Source: Catajapyx aquilonaris (lineage: Eukaryota). Taken from it: a stretch of DNA of 64,000 bases. A model generated the notes under the pieces. It did no database searches. It was not told where the DNA came from and saw only the letters and a list, made by a program, of their open reading frames with translations. How positions within the stretch are numbered: the stretch's first letter is position 1; every line of letters begins with the position of its first letter. Location: the NCBI GenBank assembly GCA_000934665.2, contig KZ538037.1, positions 62,001 to 126,000 of the forward strand, given 5' to 3'. This document shows positions 24,722 to 37,359 of this stretch, in pieces. Made by a program: the position numbers and the translations under genes.

Positions 24722-26879
24722 TAAATTATATTCGTTTCTATATGGCAGGTAAAGCAAAGTAAAGAAGGTGTCATTCACACGCACACAAAACGGCTCGCAT
24801 GTGCATGTAGTTATTTTGTTATTTTAAAAACTCAAATTAGTGCTAGACCGTCTGCGAATAAATCGAAATCAAAAAAGTTATACAATATTACATTACTCCT
24901 AGCAAATGATATACCTGTTCTTCCCTACATATTTTAACAGTGACACTGTAACAAAACAAAACCTTCAAATGCCATAAGGTCGATGACCATGGGTCAATAG
25001 TGCCCTTAAAATTTCCCACTTCCTCCACGATCTAGGCCTTGCAGTACTATAATTTAGCAGGTGACGCAATTGCACACATCATTTGGGCAGGACACGCAAG
25101 TGAACAAGTTGATATATAGCAAAGTCCCAACAGTTTTGATCACCTTCTTGCAATATGGTCGGCTATTCTTGGTAATGGTATAAGTTGACGTGGAAGTTTT
25201 TTCTGAAGAATGGTCAAAAAGGCGTGCCGTAGAAGCAGGTTGAAGCTAATCGCCATAAGGATCTGAAACGTGTAACGTCCACGTGGTAGGGGGGTCCGAG
25301 TTCTTTCTTTTTTTTTCCAAGCACGTAAGCGATAAAAGAGAAATGGAGGTGGGGGTGGGGTGAAAAGACCTTCAGGGAACCAGACTCTCCACAAAGCACC
25401 CCTCAGACCAGAGAAAAAGAGAAGGAAAAAAGAAAACAGAAATAAGGCTAGAGTCAGCAATGCTGGGACAGGTTTTCGATGAGTGTTCTAATTATCCAAT
25501 CAGAAGATTTTCAAAAAGGTTTTGATTTTATTCGCCTTGCATTGTAGGCCATCGACTAATTGAGAGTTGCTATTCATTATTGACAACCATTTAAAAAAAG
25601 ATATTGTCTGAGTCAACTCAGGTCTGTGTTGGGTCATGTCATTTACCAAATTAAATCTGCTATGTTTAAAGATGTTCTCAAACTTATGTTAACCTTTAGC
25701 AGCATGCGAAAGTGGTATGCGATACTTAAAAAACCCATGGTACAATACAGAAATGTATGCAAATTTTTGTCAACTATTTAGAAAAAAAAACGTATCTGAA
25801 AATGTACGAAACACGATCCAGAAAGCAACTGACAGTTAGTGATGGTCACTTATTCAACAATAATTATTCGTGGCACTCCCTGGGGCCATCTTCCTTTTAG
25901 AGTATTTTTAACATACCGTAACATTTTATGTACATTTAGGGTACTATTCTTCTGGGCATCCAGAATGCTATTAGCCCCGATGTAAGTGGCTTTCGAATGA
26001 CGTATTCATAGGATAAACAAGTTGTGACGTACGATAACGGGGACTTCCGCAGCATTGAAATATTTATATACAGATTTCACACGTTCCTCTACATTACATC
26101 ATTAAATAATGATCAATAATCGCCTGCAGGAAATTTTTAAAATAGTATAATACTAACTTATTAGGTAGAACTATTTAAATGTGGCTTTGGTTTGCATTTA
26201 TTCCATTTAAAAACATATACGTGTCAACGAGCTCAGCATAAATTAGAACCTCGGTTATAACAAGAATTGCTGTATGTTGTCAACAATGAAAACTGAGGAT
26301 TTTCCGAGAAGAAACTCGGATTTATAATATACTACTGACCTCAGTGAAACCGGCCATAATATGCCCGATTTTGTCGCATCGTATATAAATTCAAATTAAA
26401 TTCTTAAATCTACACTGACCACACGTTATCAAAATAGATTCATATACCATAAGTACAACGTGATAAAACATTGGTGCAACTCACTAACTAACCCTGCATG
26501 TGAACTAAATGCATCTCAATCCCTGGATTTTGGGAGGCGTCAGCGTCATCTGCTGATTTGGTAATTGGAAGTTTAACGACCAATTTGGATCCCCATTTTA
26601 GTTTCGTTTCAGGCATAAATTAATATACGCATGAGCATTCATTACTAAAAAAAGGTAGCATGTGCACGGAATGGCTATTATACATGTACGGCATAGACTA
26701 TTACATATTAGCAGTGGGCTTGGCCATATCACGCGCTACTATTTCATTTTTTAAACTTAGTAATGTCATCTATTTCTAATATAGTTCGTGTCACTATTAT
26801 TATATAAAAAATTTATTCTGACCCACACTTTTATTTTTTGGGGGAAAAACCTGTTCTAGTGCAGGTTGGGCAGGGGGTG

Positions 26880-27289
26880 TTGAGGAAGGGGCTGCCAAAA
26901 GGGCGGCCATGACTGGGGGTGTCAGCTGCGCAGTGCAATGTAAACAGGCTACCGCGCCGGAATGGCCGCCGGCATCCCGATGTAAACACAGGCCCTGAGC
27001 CAATGAATCGGTCTCGCGCTGCCAACGCCCCAACATCCGGGGGACTAATGGCGTCGGAGGGTGACGCCGGGGGGTAGGGGGGGGGGGGGACCCCTGCCAA
27101 AAAAGGAAGGGGGTNGTGGTGGGGGTGGGAAGGGTGAAAATGGTGGATGCTGCCTGCGCCAGACCTAAATGATATGAAGAATATTTAGAGGGCGCTTTTC
27201 GGGGCAGGCGGCATCTGCTTTTTGCCAGCCGCGCCCCCCTTCATATATTTATATATATATATATAAATCCTGCACAGCTTTAGGTAAGT
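26880..27289 (+). promoter_or_regulatory. CpG-rich island, candidate promoter/enhancer with a possible first-exon donor
   Basis: CAGCTG at 26923; two Forkhead-type TGTAAACA at 26939 and 26981; NF-Y-type AGCCAATGA at ~26998-27006; G-runs at 27066-27134; TAG|GTAAGT donor at 27284-27289. Confidence 0.4.
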
Positions 27290-28646
27290 TTGATTTTAAT
27301 ATTATAAAATATTTATGTTAATACGTAAGAGCGGTGCATGTTTTATTGGGGATGCCGGTAATTTTTTTATTGTTCAGTGAGCATGCTGGATAATTATGTG
27401 TATGTAGGGGGGTACACTTGCTTCTGTGGAATTTCAGGGCGAATTATTCAAAGTGGTTGATGGTTAGATAAGATGTGTCATAAAATGAGGAGTAATTGGG
27501 GCTACATGTTTGCTGAGCTGGTATGGTTCATGTGCAGTCAGTTGTAAAATTACGTGTTGGATTTTTTTCCCTGGGTGTAAAACTGAGAGCAAATATTTTT
27601 TTATCGCAATTTAAGCAAACAAGACTGTCTTGCTGGGGTGTTTACTTATGCCGCGGGTGCCGGCTGTAAAGAGATACTTATACCATGTCCTATATTTAAT
27701 TGTTGTTCATGACAATGCCTGGTTGTAATAACATGTAGTTTATATCAATGATGTCATTTAAAACCGATTTTCTCTGGAAGTTAAAAATATTGGATATTCC
27801 TGATGCATATTTAAATTTATAGCTACTTTATTGGCCGTAATTTCTAGCCATTTTTAACAGGGCACAGAACTTTTCTAGGATACAATGCAGCATTCTTACC
27901 TTCACGCGGCGATGGGTGATTAGCAGCCCCACACACAAAAAATGGGTGAAAAAAACTCTGGTTCTGGATGGTGCAGGCAACCTGCACGCTGTCAACTGGC
28001 AGACCTTGACTTGGAGCCTGTCTTATTGCCCCAGGGCTTGAAGAGAAATGGACGTTGGCCATGTCTAGATCCGCCCTTGTTGCTGCTTCCATTCAACGCC
28101 GATTCTATGGTCTGACACTTTTCCCCCCTTCCCTGTGGCCTCCTCCTCCTAACAACTTGAGCAAGCCACAAACGCGCCATCTTCATCATTCTTGAGCCGA
28201 CTCCTCAGACGAAACATGTTGTGTCTCAACATCAGGGTGGGGCTTAACCATATGCATCTCTTGTCAATCTCTAAAAAAAAGAATAGGAGGGAGGGTTGTA
28301 TGGGGTGCAATTATTCGACCTGAAGTTGACATAAAGCAAAATGGCGCGTAAGGAGTGTGTATAAAGACCACCCTTTTGAAACAATGGCCTACGTGATGAT
28401 AGTCTAACACGAATGACGTCCCAATGGGCCACTGGGATTGAATTTCAGAGCCACTTTGCACTGGAATCACATACTGCAAATCCGAATTATCTCCGGAGGC
28501 TATTTCAAGTGACGATGGGTGTGCTTAGGCTTAGATCATAGACAAATCGACACTCTGGCTTCGTCGACGGCGTGATGATGCAGTGTCAAGATCCTAATTA
28601 CATAGCGGAATATTTTGACGTTATTGTTATTTAATTTACTGTGTAT

Positions 28647-28763
28647 CCTCCTGAGACCTGATGTCCAATATATTGGACATCAGCAAAAATAAAAAGGTGT
28701 CAACTGAAATTGACGTCATTTTTTTGCTGATGTCCAATATATTGGACATCAGGTCTCAGGAGG
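28647..28763. mobile_element. 117-bp hairpin MITE with piggyBac-like CCTCCTGAGACC ends
   Basis: Perfect 43-bp inverted arms (28647-28689 / 28721-28763), each containing a 26-bp perfect palindrome. Flanks are GTAT / ATAT rather than canonical TTAA. Confidence 0.85.
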
Positions 28764-29708
28764 ATATACACACTTGTTTTAGTAGATTGCTTGGAATGAA
28801 TTGCGTTTACCAACATATAATGATATTATGTAATTGGACAAAATGTTATATAAACCAAAATCTCGCATATCTAAAACCTTGATTCCGATATGCTGGTGCT
28901 TCAACGTTCCCACAAATTTTTGCATCATTTAGTTTTGGTATTTGAAATATTGTGGGTAATTATTTCGAACGTCAAAAAGGTTCATCATTTTGTTTCGTAT
29001 ATACTGTACTTGTGTTTCAGTTAGTCGGGGAGAAAAACCCATCTTGTTATTAAAATTGAGATATAGTTGACAGGAAAGTTCCATAGTGAAACGTCGGCAT
29101 AACTGGATGAAAGGTTAGAGAAAAAATAAAAGTTAGAATTGAAGTCCACGATTCCTGATCTGAGATAGGCATATATTTTAAAAAGGTTTCGAATTTGCAT
29201 TTCCCTCCCAATTTCTAAGAGTCATCATGAAACTCGCAAAAATATTTATGCATATATCTGAAGTTTTTATGATGTTTACAGGCGACACCCTTTTTTGAGT
29301 AACTTAACATATTCTTTCCTAAAAGTGACATTAATGAAATTAATAAGATGTGTAAATTGTAATATCCATTTTTGAAAGGATGCCACACACAGAACCAGTA
29401 CTGCGCGGTGACCAAGTTCATTAGTCTATACATGTCGGGTTCAGAAAACAATATGTAAACTTTCATTCACAAAATTGGTTGTCATCAACTAATGCCTTCA
29501 ATCAAAATTCGAATAGAAATTATCCACAATTCCTAACATATTGCACGGTAATTTGAAATTTGCATAAATTGTAAATTCGCAGCACTGTGAGAACCCCTTA
29601 TTTGACATTCTATAAGTTTCGATTTTATGTAGCAGATTTAAACTAGATATGTACCAAAAAGCAATATCAAAACAGGTGGCATACAGACGTGTTCTTATAA
29701 TACGCCTG

Positions 29709-29928
29709 CAGGGTGTTGCCCTCCCCAAGGTGACAATCCGAGAATGTGTATACGCGGGGAAGTGGTGATGGCATATTCACGTCTAGCCAAACAAAGTCGG
29801 CGATATGCACACAGGTAAAGGAAGCCCCAAATTATGTACTGAGTCTGGGACGGACACCAGGGGTGAATCCATCAAGTCTCTCCCGCCACTCATCCGCTGG
29901 TTGTCAACTTGGGCAGAGAAACACTCTG
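29709..29928. mobile_element. Old Tc1/mariner-like MITE, family B copy 2
   Basis: Left CAGGGTGTTGCCCTCCCCAAGGTGACAA versus right TTGTCAACTTGGGCAGAGAAACACTCTG|TA. Interior alignable to 20735-20980. Confidence 0.7.
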
Positions 29929-30618
29929 TATAATTCAGTTACTTGGCAGGGCCCCTTGTTTTGGGGGTGATGAGACAGAAGCGCCTCTGTAATATTCAGT
30001 CTTATTTCCGATTATCCCGACTTATTTACAGCATGGTCTCTCAACTATAACGTGAATCTCAATCTCTCGGTAAAATGGATTTAGCGCCTTGACTAATTGA
30101 GACATAAAAATAGTTTTCATACCAAACAGTAATTGACCTTTTTGTCTCACTTAAAAATAATGGCTTAAAAAGCAAAAAAATACTGCAAGTGCTTGATGCA
30201 CCCTAATTATTTCAAATATGTGAGAAAACCTTTGTACACCAGCATCATGCACCGGATGTTAGAAAAGGTGCCTATCTCTACTATCTGGCTTAGTTTCCTT
30301 TCGGAATTCCAAGAGGAAATGACTCCAGTTAGAATACCTCCCCCATTGCAGAGATAATCAACGGTTAATTCTCCTGAAATTCTTCCTGTAGTTTGTGAAT
30401 ATAATTTACCATTATATGGAATATCCTGCTGGTTATGATAAATCATGCGGCTTTCTAACATATAGCAACTATGGTAACATAATTGTTGAATCAGCAGAAT
30501 ATTCTCGCTGCATTTGAGCGAATTATAAAACTATACAATTGACATGACACTATTCGTTCAGTGAAGTCTGTATTGCATAATTAAGAAGAGCCGCATGTCC
30601 TCTTATAATGATTTGAAT

Positions 30619-30726
30619 GGGGACTATTTATAAGACCGAGAGGTGTTGCGCTACCTTTTCCATACGTACATATACGGTATGGTATAGAAAAGGTTCCCAA
30701 CACCTCTCGGTCTTATAAATAGGCCC
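30619..30726. mobile_element. ~108-bp hairpin MITE, PIF/Harbinger-like (GGG ends, possible AAT TSD)
   Basis: Perfect 25-bp inverted repeat CTATTTATAAGACCGAGAGGTGTTG (30624-30648 / 30698-30722); AAT on both flanks. Superfamily is inferred. Confidence 0.78.
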
Positions 30727-33700
30727 AATTCAAATACCTTCACAGTATACAGGAAGTTTGGTGCATTGACCGCTTTCTGTAGTTGTTTGTCGTCATTTTT
30801 AACCTTTATCACAGGACAAAAGTTTATTTTTAACGATAAGGAATAATGCAGCTATTTATTCTTGAGTAAAATGATTCCCGAAAGAAACGCGGACTGTTAC
30901 ATGAATTGACAGTGAAATGATAGTGTAAAGTATAAGCAGCAAAATTCCCAGCAAGCGAGGTCATCACTCACGAACACTAGGACTGGTCAGGTGGAAGAAT
31001 GCATTTTCTATCACACACGAATTAAGAAATAATTGCGTGGGAGAACTGGGTTAATTTAATGAAGGTATATTATCTATTTAAATATAACAAGAAATGAAAA
31101 ATCGAGAGAGAAAAGTGGCACATTAGCCAATAGGTGTTGCTTTAAAAAATTATACTGTATTTATTGGAGATCAACACGAAAGGATCCAGTCCAGATATTT
31201 GTCTGCTCCAATCGCGATTAATATTTTAGTGAGGGTGTTCCTATAAAAATGAGTTTATTATAGATGAAAAATTGAAACTGGTATTTTGCCTAATAATTTG
31301 ATCCACAACTGAGAGAATCTAGATTTGAAAATAACAATTTGGTTAGGAGTATTTGAGAATTTTATTACAAATTTTCTGCCAGTGGTATATAGGAGATTCG
31401 AAAATTTTCAGGTTGTTTATGGTTAATGAAAAGTAATATTTTAAAAATAAATGATTTTAGGTTGCAGGGATTGTTATACACGAATAAAATAAATTCAATA
31501 TAATTAATTACGACATAACCATTTCCTTGGTGATAATGTAGGGGTCAGTAAGGATCGTATTAAAATGACTATACACGTGGGAAACGACCTTTTCCACACG
31601 CTTTGTCTTGAAACTGATTACTATCAGGATAATTATGACTAATCCAACATAATATATTATGACACGGTGATCAGTGATGTAAGGGAGAGTTATACTGTAT
31701 ATCGTGAAGGTCATTTCTCCTCTGCATGAGTCATAGGATCGTGGCTAATCTTCTCACGATTATTCTTGATGCCTAAAACCTTAAATACAGCCAGACATCG
31801 TCTGTCTTTAATATTTTGGCATGTCAGTGTCGGAAAGTTTTATCAGTCCACATACGTCTGCCGTATTATATCAAATCCAGACTAAGATTGGCATGAGTTA
31901 GAAACAGTAATGGTACCTGATCATAATGCTGCATTATTGTATTTGTACAAGTATACGTATAACTGGAGGTAAAGCAAATCGCGGCTTGTGATGTGCTCTT
32001 GTGGTGTGGAAGGAAAGAATGTGTTCTAGCTGTGCCAGCTGAACCAGCCTCTTTCTCTGTGTGCCGACTGAGATGCCTGAAAACCAAAATGCATGAGAAG
32101 AGTCTGGCTACCTTCCCGGTCATAAGATCAGCCAAGGAAGTGTCAGTTCTGCTTTGCCTCAGGTGTATTGTAAATGTTTTTTTCTGCCTTTTGCCTTCTC
32201 TTCTAGCCCTCTAGATAATGTGCTGGGTACACATATATGTGCCAGCTCCAAATCGGTACATAGCTAGAACAGTGCAGAGTATTAGCATAGCTAACATAGT
32301 GTCACATTGCACAGTGATATCCATCTACCACACAAATTCGATATTTATGTGAGTTTAATATCTAATTTAAACCGTCGTTTGGTCATTGACCAGTGTGATT
32401 TTTAATAGGATGCTGTAGAGTAGGCGTCTGACATACAACAAAATGACCAATGATTGCAACGGAAGAAAAAAAACTAGTATAAAGGCATGCAAGTTGAGGC
32501 TTGTAAAGTTGCATGTGGGAGGTGCCTCCTAATTTGCATCTGGCCATTTCACAGCATGTCACATTTATACGGGTAGAGCAGAGGCTGTATAGAGCCGCCC
32601 CAAGCCATTAAGGAAAACGAGGCTGCCGAGTCTCCGGGGACATACGAAGCATCCGACTCCATCTTGAAATCCTAGCATGCCCAGTATCCATCTTCATCTT
32701 TTTTTTTAAAAAAAAAATCAAACTTCCGAGGATAATTTAGAAATGAGAGTTACAATTCAGTCGGACTCTGATTTGAGTTTGTCGTAAATCAAATGCATTT
32801 CAAATGAGCAGCACGGACGGAGGCAATCAAAAAATCCCAACTGAAATGGCTCCATCCCGGCTGAGTGTGCAGACCCTATCTTTTCAGCTTTGGGTTAGTG
32901 TTCTCTTATACTTCTTCATCTCCTATCCGCCCACAGCCACTCGGCAACCCTGACTACTCCCCACCCTGTCCCACTCTTCTTCACCATATCTCCGACTCCC
33001 ATTTTCCAGGCGGTGCACATTATAGCCAAGTGGAAACTCAAGTTTTAATGAAAAAGTTGGGCTCCAGAAGCTTCGCTATATACAGAGGGTGTTGCAAAAT
33101 TGGCTCACTTTGATTCAAGTTCCTTGCAAATTTTTAGGAGAAAATTGTACCCCAAAGTACGAACGAAAAACCGTTTGTAGAAGGTAATTTGTTGTAAACT
33201 AATTACTATACACTCAACAATAATGTCCCAAGTTGATTTGGATCAAAATGTATGGTAAAAAATACAGCTCTTTTAGAATATGAAATTCAAATTTTGTCTT
33301 ATAGAAAAAACAAACATAATTATGTTATTATATAGAGTCATAACGTCACGTGACTATTCTCTGTCTTTGGTAGGGTGTTACGTAGAAAACCTATTTCAGG
33401 AGTAGCTGGAGGGCCTTTTGTGACTTGTCAAACTGGAAGCAGTAAATCTCGTGCATTTGTGACTGTTTCTGACGTGTGTGGGCACGTACGACCTTTAAGT
33501 CTGAGTCTACCATCACCGTATAATACATCATTAAGTCTGCTCGGATTCTTTTAGGTCACCTTGTGCACGAAGCAACAAATATCTTTGGCTGTGAGTCAAT
33601 GAAAAATAGCATGTAGCTTGAGGTGACTGTGATGATGAAGTATACTGTACAAAGTGTGCTAGCTGTCTTGCCAGCACTAATACTAGAGATATTATGGCTT

Positions 33701-34256
33701 AATGGAAATCTTAATATTAAAGTACTGCTATGAGATCAATGCCTTTTAAAATCTTGGCAAAGACTCGAGTATTTGCAATTTGGAAAACATCGTAATGGCA
33801 AATGTATAATAGCTTGTGTCACTTTGCAACATAACATTTGGCTAGTGCACAAGTAAGTAACGATAATCTGAGACAGCTCAGGGCGGTATGCCCAATATTG
33901 TGCGTTACAGTAACGGAGGAGGGTCATTGATCCATGTTGCATGACATGAAGCTTTATTGTTATGCCAAGAATACGGGACTTATTCTATATGCATCACATG
34001 GCAACCGCGCTTGATCAGCCGGGATTTATTGTCCCAGGATATACCCGTCCCAACAAGGGGTAGTGGTTCACTTTCCCCTCGAGCCTTTGAGCCCGCTCCT
34101 TCTTCCACTTCAAAAAGAAGCTCACCAATGGTGTTCCAGCATACTTGGTTCATATACTTATCATTTGGGGAGGAGTAAGGTCTGGCAACTGCCTCAAACA
34201 GTTCCAGGGAGAATGTATGACATCACGGGTCTGGCTGTGTCTGAACGCATTATCTC

Positions 34257-34369
34257 TCCAGACCAGAACCAGAAATTAGCCTCCAACAGAGGTGCTGCCT
34301 CCCTCTGATGCAATAACTCGCACTCCCCCAGGCAGCACCTCTGTTGGAGGCTTCTGGTTCTGCTCTGGA
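34257..34369. repeat. Hairpin inverted repeat, probable MITE of unassigned family
   Basis: Perfect 23-bp arms AGCCTCCAACAGAGGTGCTGCCT (34278-34300 / 34330-34352), extended by imperfect CCAGACCAGAACCAGAA / TTCTGGTTCTGCTCTGG. No clear TSD. Confidence 0.7.
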
Positions 34370-34770
34370 AATATATTCCTATAACCTACTGTAGTCTACT
34401 CCAGCTAAAATTTTGAATTGCCACTTATATATGCAGGAAAGTCTGAAAGGCGTGATCTGTTATTCTTAGTTCAGTGTATTAGACTATTATTAAGATACAA
34501 CAATGGGCTTTGGCTGCCTTATGTCATGGGCTGGACTAGTGTCTCGACGCCGACTTCAGATAATGGTGATGCAGAATCCGTATGCACTACAGTTTCCAAG
34601 ATTATATTGGTACATTTCTTTTTAAATAATTGAATCTCAATCATATGTGGAAAAATCATCCAACTCTGTTCGGAAATATTCAATGACTGGAATTGATTGA
34701 GTAAATGTTCATTATACTTATTCAGTGTTACAGAAAATTACAAAACATCGGTGGTAAACATCTATGCTGA

Positions 34771-35346
34771 AAATGATTACCCTGATTACAGAATGCTATA
34801 ATTTTTTAATGAACACTGCAAATCAAACACACATTTAAACATAAGTGTATATAAACACTTAAAGGTTTTAGGTATACCTTAATACACTTCAACATGTGCA
34901 CCCTTTGTAGCACACAAAATATATCTAACTGTAAGTGATAGTAACTTATGTCTCATGCCACACATTTTCCAACATTATTTTGTGGATAGACTAATATATT
35001 GCCTGTTTTTGAATTTGATTTTTTTCGTTCGGGGTACAAAGATGCGGTTTATTGCCACAGCTATTCCAGATATTGAAATCTTATGAGAACGTATATATAT
35101 CCAAAACAGGGAATTGCAGGGTCAAACCACAAATGTTGGAGAATGTTTGGAATGAGACCTATCACTTACGATGCCGTATCGTAGATATTTTGCGTGCCAC
35201 AAAGGGTGCACATGTTGAAGTGTATTAAGGTATGGATAAAACATTAAGTGTTTATACAGTTATGTTTAAAATGTGTTTCATTTGCAGTGTTCATTAAAAA
35301 GGTACAGTATTCTGTAATCAGGGTAATAATTTATTGATACCATGCA
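34771..35346. mobile_element. Fold-back element made of two inverted 3' ends of a Tc1/mariner transposon
   Basis: 34771-34985 is the diverged reverse complement of ~35127-35335. Both arms contain the end of the transposase ORF, the 3' UTR and the terminal region. Confidence 0.85.
35017..35228 (+). pseudogene. C-terminal fragment of an IS630-Tc1-mariner transposase (DD37D maT / DD41D rosa-like), frameshifted
   Basis: Translates in pieces as DFFRSGYKDAVY / ATAIPDIEIL*ERI / PQMLENVWNET / DILRATKGAHVEVY*. This matches the DFFLWGYxKDxVY ... GxHxE C-terminal pattern of these transposases. Confidence 0.85.
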
Positions 35347-37359
35347 TAACTGATAACCTGCACTTGTTTAGAACATGTAGGCTAACATTTGTCAAAAAAC
35401 GTGCTGACCAACGCTTATATAGGCATCATTCTTTGGGGTTGGAGTCTGCGGAAGGAGCACTGGAGCGATCATGGTTGGCCGAAACTTTTTTGACACAGAG
35501 TTCAGCATACAATATTCATACATCCATTATAATTAACTTATCTAGGACAGTTAGATTTGTATTCGCGTCTTTCCAGTACCACATTCGCAGCAATGCAAAC
35601 CGGAGCTCATCAGTACGGTACCCAAGCTGACAGTATATGATAATTATTGTGGGAAATTTCTCAACAAAGGCAAGTGAACTTGTCACAACAGTTATGCTAC
35701 CTTCAGCTGTGATAAAGCATAAGCCTATACGCATTGAAAGTTTTGCATTGCTACATAAACAAAATAAAATTCAATATTAAAGCCACCCAGGAAAGTGCCC
35801 TAATGATTATGATCTATTTGCTTGGGCGGCAATTTTACCACGCCATAAAACAATAGTGCTCTATGCATCGTTGGTTTTTGACTTTTTTACTGTATATGCC
35901 TCGATTGTAATGGATAGTATTGCATATCTCCTTAAACAAAGGCTGGACGTCGTGTATAATAATATCATCACGCTAATATCCTGAAATAGCGGCAACCCCT
36001 TCGGTGACATTGCGTGTGGGCATGCGTTCGTTCAGGATGACACGCAGGCTCCACTCTGTATATAGTACTGTATACTGTACAGTACGGATGTTTTAGAGAC
36101 AGATAGTACCCAGTATAAGTGCAAGCATGAGCCGATTAGACTATATGCACTGTATATTACTCTAGAATTTTGACATTTTCTGGCACATTATCCCATAAAG
36201 TTAATCATTACGTAAGACCGTAGTGTTTGAATTATAATATATTGTGAGAACAGAAAAGTTCAAAAAACTACATGAACAATAAAAACTTTTATAACTACTA
36301 AATAATATGGCAGGTCTATAAACTGTGAAATGTTTTGCCACCGATTAGACTAAAATCGGAATTGGCATTTATTTGTAAACACAGTGATTGCACCAGCATA
36401 ATTTGCATATAACGGTACACTGTGTGTGTGTGCACATTTGAAACTATATTTAATGACAAAAACTGTACTTATATCACTTTTGATTGCAGGCGTCAGCCAT
36501 TTGGAGAGAGAAGATCGTTTCACCTTACACTTCTGTTCTTCCTTGGTGAGTACGTACACATTCCTGCACATCCGGTATGAACTATTAGTGCACCCAATCC
36601 TATCCTCTCCGCAAAAACTGACCTCCAAAAACCCATACAAACGAACCCTCCCCATAATATGAACCCAGGCGTAGCACAAGGTTCACTGCGTGTCCACAAG
36701 GTGTCGACACCATGAAGTTGCTGGAGCTGAATCCGGGTGCAAACACTGCCTAGGCGCCTCCGGTTTTCGAAAAAGCTTCCCAGATGTCGCTTTTATAATC
36801 TTCCAATCCATGTATATGGCAAGATACAACCAAAAAATACGACCAAGTATGAGACAAAAGATGGGCATATTCAATGGTTCTTCTAGAAGCATTTACAACA
36901 ACTTGGGACGAGCAGGCCACCTTGCCAGTCACATTTTGATGGCGAGGACGAACCAGAGTGGCAAGTTGCCTAACGAAGAATGATTGTCACCAGTTTCCCT
37001 TGACTTCAGAGAAAAACTACTTTCCCTCTCACCCCAGACTTCTGGCCAGGAGTTACAGAAGCTGACCACACCATCCTTGAGACTCGTCTTATAGCCCCCA
37101 ACCCATCAGACTACCCGGAATGCTATTCACTACCCTAGCAACCCACCCTTAATTTGCATATCAATTTAAACCGGGCAGTTCAGTTGCAAAATTAATCTTG
37201 TTTCGCGTAATTGTGTCCAGCCGAAGGGAGAACGAGTTAATTCGGCGAAATAGCCCCCTGCCGGCTTTATTTGGGAGGTGACGAATTACTGCGAGATGCA
37301 AAGTACACATTGGGTCCTGACCATCAATTAATTGTGGCCATATAACTGTAGCTGGTGAT

